From Paraspadella gotoi (taxonomy: Eukaryota; Animalia; Chaetognatha): DNA of 64,000 bases. Position 1 is the first letter of the stretch; each line of letters begins with the position of its first letter. A program made the position numbers and the translations under genes. The stretch spans positions 9,325,709-9,389,708 of the forward strand of contig CM119267.1 of assembly GCA_051294375.1 (NCBI GenBank), written 5' to 3'. Shown here piece after piece: positions 1-9,487 of the stretch. Below the pieces are notes generated by a model, which ran no database searches, was not told the origin of the DNA, and saw only the letters and a program-made list of their open reading frames with translations.

Positions 1-709
1 CAACGAAAAATGGGGAGGGGAGAGGTTTATTTGTACAAAATGATAAATGGTTTAAAGGTTAAGCAAAGTTTTCAACTGCTTCAACTTTTTATTTATTATG
101 TAGTTACTATTAGATAATAAAGTGTTTCCTTTCGAAAAATACTTAATCGAATTTTTTTATTTTATGTTTTCATGATTCAAATTTCATAATTGATATGAAC
201 AGCGCGATTATTACGATTATTTTGACATTATCATCTCGTTGCTCCATACTGCGATTGCTCAGAATTTTGAAGTCTTATTTTAGTCGATATGGTCTCTGTA
301 CCTCAATGCAACCACCCACCCTAAAATTTTGGAGCTGTGGACGTTTTTTCTAATTATTATTTTAGTCCAGTTTATTGGTTAGTGGAAATCGAGGTAGATT
401 TCGTAGTTAACTTCGTAATTTTGCTACTTGTGGATGAATTTGATTTTAATCTTTCTCATTTCTTTATACTCTTATCAAACAGAAACCTGTGATAATCCCG
501 CACGTTCGTTGTGGATCTTCGAGATTTTGCTGTTTGATTGAATCTAAATTTTCAATCGTATTTTTAAACAATGTCAATGCGCATCGTTCGTACCAAAACT
601 ATACAAACTATTGTTCAATGATCTTTTCTACGCCAAAGATTGTCGCTTCTATCGAACAAAAAAAAAAAAAAAACAGCGACGAACAACATCTCATTTTTAA
701 AGCTAAACC

Positions 710-3289
710 ATGGCAGCAACTCCTCTCTGTGTCCTTCCCCCCACGTCACCCACCAAGAGCTTGCCTTCTCCTGTTCCCAAAATGAACCTCGACACCAACG
801 TCTCCTCCGCTGCCTCCTTGACCCAAAACTCCGGATCGCTCTCCTGTCTGGACGCGCCATCTTCGCCGGGTCGCGATTTCGCCTCGCCCCACCCAATGAA
901 TCTGGACACTCCCCACCTCTTTCTTACTTGCGGCATTTGCCGCGAATATTTTAAGGACGACCCAAAGCTTCTTTCGTGCCTCCACTCGTTCTGCGAGTCT
1001 TGCCTCCAATCTACGATGCTCGAGGGATCCCTGTCGCTGTCGTGCGCAACCTGTAAGGTTCAGTCCATTATACCGCCATCGGGCATTTCCGGTTTGCAGA
1101 CAAATTTTTACGCCGTTGATCTTCGGCGCATCCTCGACGAGGCCCGTCATTGCGCCGGGTGCGTCGTGGGCAGCGCTACTCCCGCATCTTACCGTTGCAC
1201 GGAATGCGGCCAGTCGCTTTGCAGCACCTGCTCTAAAACACATGCCTTGAAAGTTTCTGAGAATCAAGAGACTGGAGAATCGAAATCTCACAACGCCGTT
1301 GCTATTTGCAAATTGGCTATCGAGGAAGTCGTATCCAAGTTGGATGAAGAAACCGCGGTTTTTGCGACAAACTCAGATGCTCCGAGCGACATAGAAGACC
1401 CTCGGACGAATCGTCTCAAATGCCCGAGTCATAACTACGAAGAACTTTCCCTTTATTGCTCGACTTGCGAAACAGGAATATGTAGCGTGTGCGCTGACCG
1501 AGTGCACTTTGAACATGCGACAGAGACGATGAGTGACGCAATTGAGAAAGAGCGGGCAATGATGCGCGAAATGGCGAAGGCGGTGGACGCTCAGGTACCC
1601 CTCATCCGTGACACTATTGATCAAGTGAACCAGATGAAGAGTTCCCTCGCCGCCAATCTCTCCGAAGCCGAGAATAAGATTGAAGAAGCCTTCGACTCTG
1701 TTGTAAAATCCCTCAAAGAGAGACGCGACAAACTGCTGCGCGAAGCCACCGAAGCCCACGAGGCAAAGGAAAAAGTGCTTAAAGCTCAACGCGACGCTTT
1801 AGAAGCTAAATTGGCTCGCATGCTGAGTTGCTGCGAACTGACGATGTTCACACTTGAGAACGGATCCGACGCGGAAATTCTGTTGCTCCACAAACAGCTT
1901 GCCGATACCATGGACGAGTTGGCCTCTTTGGACGTCAATTTCACGCCAGAAGAGAATTACTTTCTCGGTTTTTCCCCAGGAGATTTGCCAAAGATGCGCC
2001 ATAAGTTGTCGAAAGCCGGCTGCGTCGTGAGTAATTCGTGCATCGCCCACGAGACAGTCGCAACTGGCGAGGGGCTCAAACAGTGCGTCCGCGGCAAGGT
2101 ATCGGTCGTCATCGTCACCACAAAGAACCATCAGGGCGAACTGGTTACTAGTGGGAACGCCCAATTTGAAACCTACCTCCAAAACTCCATGGGAAAAAGA
2201 ATAATCCCGGAAATATGCGACAACCAAAACGGAACTTATGATTTAGGCTATTTGGTCAATGAAGCCGGGAGCTATGTCTTTGTCATTAAACTCTACGGAC
2301 ACCATATTAAAGGTTCCCCCTTTAAACTACGAGCCTTATCCTCCGATCAACCAAAGCCCCCGGCGTCGCCCTCGCCTATTAAGTCGGCGGTGAGACAGCG
2401 GGCCATACGACGACCCCTGAGCGCTGCCTTCGTCGACCAACGAAAGAGCGACCCGGTAGAGGACGATCTCATCTTTCGCGTCGGCGTCAAGGGACGCAAC
2501 AAATCTGAGTTTACTAGCCCCCAGGGTCTTTGTGCCGCGCCCAACTCGCGGATTCTGGTTTCCGATGCCACTAATCAAAACGTGCAAGTGTTTACGAACT
2601 CTGGCGACTACAGACTAAAGTTTGGAATTCGCGGCCGTCAACCGGGTCAGTTCCAGCGACCCACGGACGTTGCTGTGACCCTTCAAGGGAATTTTTTAGT
2701 ATCAGATCACGACAACAAGTGGATAAGCATTCACGCCCCAGACGGAAAGTTCCTCAATCGGATCGGCGTCGGCAAGCTTCTCGGACCCAAGGGCATCGCC
2801 GTCGACTCCAATGGCCACGTCATTGTCGTCGATAACAAAGCCAACTCCATATTTGTCTTTCAGTCCAACGGGAAAATGCTATTAAAGTTCGGAAGTCGAG
2901 GAACTGCCGACGAGCAGCTGAACGGCCCTTATTTTGTCACCGTGAACGCACAGGACGAGATCGTAGTCTCGGATTTTCACAACCACCGCGTCAAAGTGTT
3001 CGACTCCCAAGGAGCCTTTCGCTTCGCTTTTGGATCACAGGGCGAAGGCAACGGTCAATTCAACGCCCCGACGGGCGTCGCGGTCGACGCCGTCGGCAAC
3101 ATCGTTGTGGCGGATTGGGGTAACAGCAGAATCCAATTATTCGACAAGACCGGGTCATTTTTGAGCTTCGTCAACACGGAGGGAGATCCTTTGTACGGAC
3201 CACAGGCTCTTTGTATGACCACGGACGGCCACATTGTCGTGGCCGATACAGGAAACCATTGCTTTAAAGTTTATCGATATTTACAATAG
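710..3289 (+). CDS. TRIM2/3: Tripartite motif TRIM2/TRIM3-like protein (RING, two B-boxes, coiled coil, filamin, NHL repeats), intronless
   Basis: 859-aa ORF with RING CGIC...LSCLHSFCESC...CATC, B-boxes, filamin repeat DNQNGTY...HIKGSPF and NHL repeats ending GNHCFKVYRYLQ, as in TRIM2/3. The start could be Met 710 or 782. Confidence 0.93.
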   Translation: MAATPLCVLPPTSPTKSLPSPVPKMNLDTNVSSAASLTQNSGSLSCLDAPSSPGRDFASPHPMNLDTPHLFLTCGICREYFKDDPKLLSCLHSFCESCLQSTMLEGSLSLSCATCKVQSIIPPSGISGLQTNFYAVDLRRILDEARHCAGCVVGSATPASYRCTECGQSLCSTCSKTHALKVSENQETGESKSHNAVAICKLAIEEVVSKLDEETAVFATNSDAPSDIEDPRTNRLKCPSHNYEELSLYCSTCETGICSVCADRVHFEHATETMSDAIEKERAMMREMAKAVDAQVPLIRDTIDQVNQMKSSLAANLSEAENKIEEAFDSVVKSLKERRDKLLREATEAHEAKEKVLKAQRDALEAKLARMLSCCELTMFTLENGSDAEILLLHKQLADTMDELASLDVNFTPEENYFLGFSPGDLPKMRHKLSKAGCVVSNSCIAHETVATGEGLKQCVRGKVSVVIVTTKNHQGELVTSGNAQFETYLQNSMGKRIIPEICDNQNGTYDLGYLVNEAGSYVFVIKLYGHHIKGSPFKLRALSSDQPKPPASPSPIKSAVRQRAIRRPLSAAFVDQRKSDPVEDDLIFRVGVKGRNKSEFTSPQGLCAAPNSRILVSDATNQNVQVFTNSGDYRLKFGIRGRQPGQFQRPTDVAVTLQGNFLVSDHDNKWISIHAPDGKFLNRIGVGKLLGPKGIAVDSNGHVIVVDNKANSIFVFQSNGKMLLKFGSRGTADEQLNGPYFVTVNAQDEIVVSDFHNHRVKVFDSQGAFRFAFGSQGEGNGQFNAPTGVAVDAVGNIVVADWGNSRIQLFDKTGSFLSFVNTEGDPLYGPQALCMTTDGHIVVADTGNHCFKVYRYLQ

Positions 3290-3573
3290 TCACCAAAGCA
3301 GAAATTCTTTCAATTTTCGTATTTCAGAAATAATTTGATTCTCGTTTACTAAGAATAACAGCCATTAGTTTTAACTGAAGATGTAACAGAATATTATATT
3401 AGTACTTAATGGGGTTTGATAACCGCTAGGTCTAAAATCTCTTGAGCGTTTAAGAATTTTTGTGTGAAATTTAGAAATTTTATTTTTAAACTTTAATTTT
3501 GACCCATTATGGCTTTAAGCTGGTTTGGAAACTTGCTACATACGGGGGGTTACCATAAAAAACCTAGGTTTAT

Positions 3574-3918
3574 TAGTTGCGCCGCGATTACTCGCGGATC
3601 AACTTTATAAGTCACTTTTCGGTCGGTCGTTCGGTCTGTCTGTCGTTCGGTATGGCTGTCGTTCGGTATGGCTGTCCCTCGGTATGTCCCACTTACGTTA
3701 AAAAATGCATATAATTGGTTGGTTGCTCATTTGTTAAGACGGGGGGAAAAAACCTCAAATCTAACTTATAAGGGACTGGAATCACCATTCTTGTGTTTGT
3801 TTTTCGTTTTACGTAAACTTGTATTTTTAATTAACGCATTGAAACTTACTGTCTAATTGTATTCATTTCTACCGACATAAGTATGGCATAAGTATGGCAC
3901 TTCATTCTGATGCGACTA
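3574..3918 (-). mobile_element. Non-autonomous Helentron-associated (HINE/DINE-1-like) element
   Basis: Terminal hairpin agttgcgccgcgattactcgcggatcaact, internal cggt/ctgt microsatellite (3620-3690), and a short inverted copy gatgcgacta at the other end. Confidence 0.55.
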
Positions 3919-4599
3919 AACCTAAAAACAATACTTGATTGAGCGATTTTGTTCAATTATCATTTTATTGACATTTCTTCGTATAGCTTTTTTTTCTCTT
4001 TAGTTTAATTTTTCGAGGTTAGATGTTTTTGTTTTTCTAGTCATTTAATTGGTGAATGTATTTTTATTTCCTTTCGGGATTTTCTGTCTCGACAATTACT
4101 GCTGGCTTTGTATTCTCGCTGTTTTTCGTATATTTTAGTTCTATTTACTGGCGTATTTTCCTGCCAACCCCCATCAAAAAATATACTTTCATACCAAATA
4201 TTTAAGTTAGAATAAACTGATTCTATGTTATATAATGGTTTGAAGTTACTACCCAAAAGATTGGAGTCTTTATCTCTCGACGGGGAATTTTTCGAGAATT
4301 TTTTTCTTTAAATTGGTTATCTGGTTTTGCTTTTTTTTCTGTTAGTCGATCTATGACGCATGGTCAGTGGCATTGTTATTAAATTTTATATTTGAATTGA
4401 GCTTACGTAATGCTAATGCCTATTTTGTTATTTGTATAAGTGATTAAAGAATGAATAACCTTATATAATATTATGCTATTTTTATTTCGAAAAACACAGG
4501 AAACTGAGCAGTGAGCAACCAGCTTGTAATGAAAATGCACCTCGCAGAATAATGCCAAAGGTCTTCCTGAGTTACAATTTTTTGTAGAAAAAACCAAAA

Positions 4600-6220
4600 A
4601 TGGCAACAATTTTGATCTCTAAATATTTGGGTCCATCGCATTTGTGTGGATTCGACAAGTACAAATACAGTTCGATTGACAATTCGCCTATTTCGGTATA
4701 CATCACTCACCCGTTTTGGAACCGTTGCGTTGAGGTACAACCAATTTAATTTTTCTGTCTCGATTAAACTTTTGTGACATGAAATCTTTTGAATGTATTT
4801 CTTAGCTATGTCCGCGCTGGTTGGCCCCCAATCTGATGACGTTTTTGGGCTTTTTGCTTTTGGTGGCGAATTTTGTCATCCTATCTTTTTACGATCCTCA
4901 TTTCTATGCGTCTTCCGGAGCCAAAGCTAACGCATACTCAATTCCGACCTGGGTTTGGTGGTTTTGTGCTGCCAGTCAGTTTCTCGCCCACACCCTCGAC
5001 GGATGTGACGGCAAACAGGTAAAACAAAACAAAAAGTTACTTCATTTTTTCCTAAAACAACTTACCAGCTTAAAGACGCCATAACTCACATTACCATTCA
5101 CCAGGCTCGCCGCACGGGATCGTCTACTCCATTGGGGGAGTTGTTTGACCACGGTTTGGACTCGTGGGCGGCGCTCTTTATGCCCATCGCACTTTACTCG
5201 GTTTTTGGTCGCGCGACCGACGTCTCCGTTTCGCCGCTTCGATTTTACTTCGTCGTCCTCGGCGTATTCCTCCAGTTTTTCATATCTCATTGGGAAAAGT
5301 TAGTTCGTTTAAAGATCGTTATATAATTTATATAATGTATTATTTATAAGATTTTGTGATTATTTGCTGGAAGGATATGGCATGAGATTGTAGTAAATAT
5401 TTTATACAATACGGACGTTTTTGTATTAATTTAGGTACAACACCGGTGTTCTTTTTCTACCTTGGGGCTACGACGCCAGTCAGATCGCCTTGACACTCGT
5501 CTATGTAGGAACGGCCTGGTTCGGGGTCGATACCTTCCTTCGCCCCACACCTGTTGGTGGTTTATCCTTCCCTCACTTGGCCGAGTTTTTTTTTCACTTT
5601 TCTGCTTTCGGCATGACCGTACCGATGAGTCTTTACAATCTGTACTGGTCTTGGCGACGCGGCCAAATTGAGAACTCCTTCTGGCGAGCTAACATTCCGT
5701 GGTTTCCCATTTTCTGGCTATTTTTTTTGACAACCGTCTGGGTCATTCACTCTCCTACAGATATACTCAATTCCCAGCCGAGGTAAAATTTTAACCGGCG
5801 TTCTACGAAGGCCAAACAATTGCAAGACAGATTTCGTCGCTTTATTCAGATTGGTTTACTGGATGGTGGGAACCGTGTTTTCGAACATCACTTGCCGATT
5901 GATCGTCGCCCAGATGTCGAGCACTGATGCTCCGTGGTTCAACACTATGCTTATTCCTCTCACTGTTTTGGTCGTCTCTATTTTTTTCCCCAATGGCAAG
6001 GTAAAAAGAGACATCAATTTTTTATTGGTTTAGTTATTTAATTAATTTTTTTTAACCTGCAATTATGCAGACTATGGAACCATACTACTTAATTGGATAC
6101 ACTGTCATCGCAACTTTGGCACATATTCACTACGGCGTCATGATTGTTGTGCAAATGAGTGATCACTTAAATATTCATACGTTTTCATTAAAAATTAGGG
6201 CAAAAGAGAAATCTAATTGA
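4600..6220 (+). CDS. SELENOI: Ethanolaminephosphotransferase 1 (EPT1/SELENOI, CDP-alcohol phosphotransferase), 6 exons
   Basis: Spliced reading gives GFDKYKYSSID..., APNLMTFLG, HTLDGCDGKQ|ARRTGSSTPLGELFDHGLDSW, SHWEK|YNTGVLFLPWGYDASQ and HIHYGV...FSL. Five GT-AG introns. Confidence 0.92.
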
Positions 6221-7247
6221 GATTACGTATTTTACAACTCATTTCATATTCTTGGGATCATCAACTGAGCGAGTTTAAATTAGCTTGGGAGGGATTACAT
6301 GTTATTACTGTCCTTTTTAAAAGTATTCAATTAATGTTTGTCATTATTACATCACACTAGATTTTATATTTCTTTTAAAAAGTATAAGTACTTAATATAT
6401 AAGTACAGTTGATCCTGTGTATTTTTACTGACATTTTTCATACCCTATAGTGTTAGTCATAATTTATTCCAATCTTCTCAGTTTTTACAATAATAACCTT
6501 ATCATTTCGTTTTTATTAGGTTTATAGCGAGTTTCCAATTATTTTTATGGATTATTCTGTATCTGTCATTGTCCTTTAATTTTGGTCAGTATTTTAATTA
6601 AGTTTACTAAAATATTTTATGGTGAAAACTTTTAACTGATGTCTGAAAATTTTGATTTTGTTTCTTTTACGTACAACTGAAGTAGGCCGCAATTAAATTC
6701 ATAAACAATGAATTTTATTAACCAACAATGAAATGAATTGTTAGAATTAAGTTTGTGTTTGCTTCGATACAGATGATCAATTTATTTATCTACATTATCT
6801 TTGTTAGATTCGATTAACACATTTTTTTATCAGAATGGGTTTCTAAAGACGTTTACCAAAGTAGCCCTTTTTAATTTCAAAAATGGTAAAAGCGGTAGTT
6901 TTATTTCAATTTTTTTCAGTTTGCGAGTTAATTGCTAGTATTATTTTTTCTTCGGTCAGCGTTTATATTTTTTTAACGTGATTTGAAGCATGACTATTTA
7001 AATCATTTTTATTACTTTTATTTATACTATACTAGTTGTCTGATTTTTTTTTTCAGATTCGTAAAACTTAAGAATGAGTGGTAAAATTTATCGCCCTACC
7101 AACATTAGGTTGGCAACCAACTTTCGATATTTTTTTCAGTAATAAATTGGAAATTTGTATTCCGTTTACTACTATTTTAATTTTTTCCTATTACCAAGTT
7201 TCAAGCGACATGCTTATTTATAAGTTTAAAAGTTCTGCTCGTTAGCT

Positions 7248-8342
7248 ATGGAGAAGTACGTAATTCTTGGGCGGATTGGGGAAGGAGCCCACGGGATAGT
7301 CTTCAAAGCGAAGAACATCGAAACCGGATCCCTCGTCGCTCTAAAAAAAGTAGCTTTGCGTCGTTTGGAAGATGGCATTCCTAACACGGCGTTGCGGGAG
7401 ATCAAGGCTCTTCAAGAAATTGCCGAAAACCCTTACATCGTCCACCTGCACGAGGTGTTTCCCCATGGTACGGGCTTCGTTCTCGCTTTCGACTACATGT
7501 TGTCCGATCTTTCCGAGGTCATACGCAATTCTGAGCGACCTCTTACCGAGGCACAGATTAAGTCGTACATGCTCATGCTTCTGAAAGGGGTAGCCTATTG
7601 CCACGAAATCGGCATCATGCACCGTGACCTGAAGCCGGCGAATTTGTTAATTTCTTCCACGGGCCACCTCAAGATCGCAGACTTCGGACTCGCCCGAGTA
7701 TTTTCCAACGACAAAGAGCGGCTCTACTCCCATCAGGTAGCCACGCGCTGGTACCGTTCCCCTGAACTTCTCTACGGCGCTCGCAAGTATGACGAGGGAG
7801 TCGATCTCTGGGCAATCGGCTGCATCTTTGCGGAACTTCTCAACAATTCTCCCCTTTTTCCCGGCGAGAATGACATCGAACAGTTGTGCTGCGTCCTGCG
7901 GATGCTCGGCACGCCCACCGAACAGACGTGGCCAGGGATGAACGAACTGCCCGATTACAACAAAATTACCTTTCCGGAAAATCCACCCGTTCCTTTTGAG
8001 GAGATACTCCCGGACGCCTCCCACGAGGCCATTGACCTATTGGAACGGTTTTTGGTCTACGCCTCCGAACGTCGCGTCTCGGCGAAAAAGGCGCTGCTTC
8101 ATCCCTATTTTTTCACGGAACCCCTACCGGCGCATCATTCGGATTTGCCCATCCCGCAGAGGAACCGCACTGAACGTCAACGGGCGGAACGTGGTTGCAG
8201 GCGATTTTATGCCGAATCCCTCGACTCTGTGCTTGTCAACCCGGAGCTTATTGCTCCACACGTGCCTTACGCGGCTACAAGCGCCAAGGATACGACGCGG
8301 CGTCCTCTCTACGACGAAGTAGAGGGAGAAAAGAAGAAATGA
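7248..8342 (+). CDS. CDK20: Cyclin-dependent kinase 20 (CCRK), intronless
   Basis: GEGAHGIV, IPNTALREIKALQE, HRDLKPANLL, DFGLARVF, YSHQVATRWYRSPELLYGA. Confidence 0.95.
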   Translation: MEKYVILGRIGEGAHGIVFKAKNIETGSLVALKKVALRRLEDGIPNTALREIKALQEIAENPYIVHLHEVFPHGTGFVLAFDYMLSDLSEVIRNSERPLTEAQIKSYMLMLLKGVAYCHEIGIMHRDLKPANLLISSTGHLKIADFGLARVFSNDKERLYSHQVATRWYRSPELLYGARKYDEGVDLWAIGCIFAELLNNSPLFPGENDIEQLCCVLRMLGTPTEQTWPGMNELPDYNKITFPENPPVPFEEILPDASHEAIDLLERFLVYASERRVSAKKALLHPYFFTEPLPAHHSDLPIPQRNRTERQRAERGCRRFYAESLDSVLVNPELIAPHVPYAATSAKDTTRRPLYDEVEGEKKK

Positions 8343-8526
8343 GCCAATTCAGCCTTCAGGGGCAACAGATGTCGCTCCACATTGACTAAATACCCAGTTT
8401 TATGCTCATGTATTTATATTCTAGTCTATTTATTCGGAAACCCAATCTGTGCTACCATGCCTTATGTTAATCACTTCACTTCGCTTGCATTCCTATATTT
8501 TTGTATTTTCAGTCTTAAAATTCGGG

Positions 8527-9202
8527 ATGGAAAGCTCGAACTCGACGATTGTAAGTCAGAAAGATGAAGAGACCGAAGTTTTGCCCAAGAAGCGCAGATC
8601 CGCCTTCGCGCCGGGCAGGAAATCATTGATCGAGGGCGTCGGTAAGGATCATGGGGTTGTGGGAAATAACGCGCTGAATACGGAGTGAGTCTTTTCTTCC
8701 TCCAGATGAAGACGAAAGTTCCAGCGATTCCAACGAAGAAGAAACCCGCGAGAAGTTGACCCTTCTTTACCAAGTCATTTCCGAACACAAAAAGGAGCAA
8801 GCCGACTGGCTCTCACTTATGGACGCGGAGAAGAGGCTCACAGACGAGAAAGTCACCTCCGAGGAAGACAACGTCGTCATTTTTAAAAAAGATGACGAAC
8901 CTGAAGGACTTCCGGTTAAATATTACAAGGCCATATTAAAGAGTAAAAATTTTCGAAGGGAGCACTGGGCGGCCTTGGAAACCACGCGGGCAGAACTAGC
9001 CGATCTTAAAAAAAACGTGGAAAATGATTTGATTCTTTTCGAAGATATTGTCGATAGATATGGAAACTATGTCGACCAACAGTGTGCTGAAGCTGCCCAT
9101 CGATTGGCTGGCGCGTACGACGCCGTTGCCGACGTTCTTACTGTTCAAAACGATTCCGGAATTAACATTGATTCGAATATCGATCCCGAGTGTCCTGCAT
9201 AG
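8527..9202 (+). CDS. Divergent coiled-coil protein resembling kinetochore Mis12-complex subunit DSN1, 2 exons (intron 8642-8705)
   Basis: The GT-AG intron joins two ORFs in frame. KKRRSAFAPGRKSL resembles the DSN1 RRxS...RKSL basic motif and EHKKEQADWLSLM resembles the DSN1 E-x-x-x-W motif, followed by helical heptads. Confidence 0.45.
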
Positions 9203-9487
9203 TGGCGTCGATATTTACAATAGTCACCAAAGGAAGAAAATCTTTCAATTTTCGTATTATTAGGTTTTCAATTATTAAGTTTTCAATTATTTTTATGGAT
9301 TATTCCTTTCGGTCAGGAATTTAAGTTTACTGAAATATTTGGTGAAAACTATTAACTGGTATCTGAAAATATTTAATTTTGTTTCTTTTACTTACAACTG
9401 TGCCTTTTTATTTTAGAACAAGCATCTTGTGTCAAATATCGTCAGCTTTTATAACTGTTTGTGCTGAATTACTAATAAACTAAAAAC

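Noticed and set aside
290-340. Sm-site-like AATTTTTGG here and at ~54519, as possible spliced-leader RNA genes
   Set aside because: No supportable donor-containing stem-loop architecture, and the motif is expected by chance in AT-rich DNA.
8685-8705. Apparent 21-nt micro-intron gtgagt...ccag
   Set aside because: The upstream donor at 8642 gives a normal 64-nt intron that restores the frame, while the short one does not.
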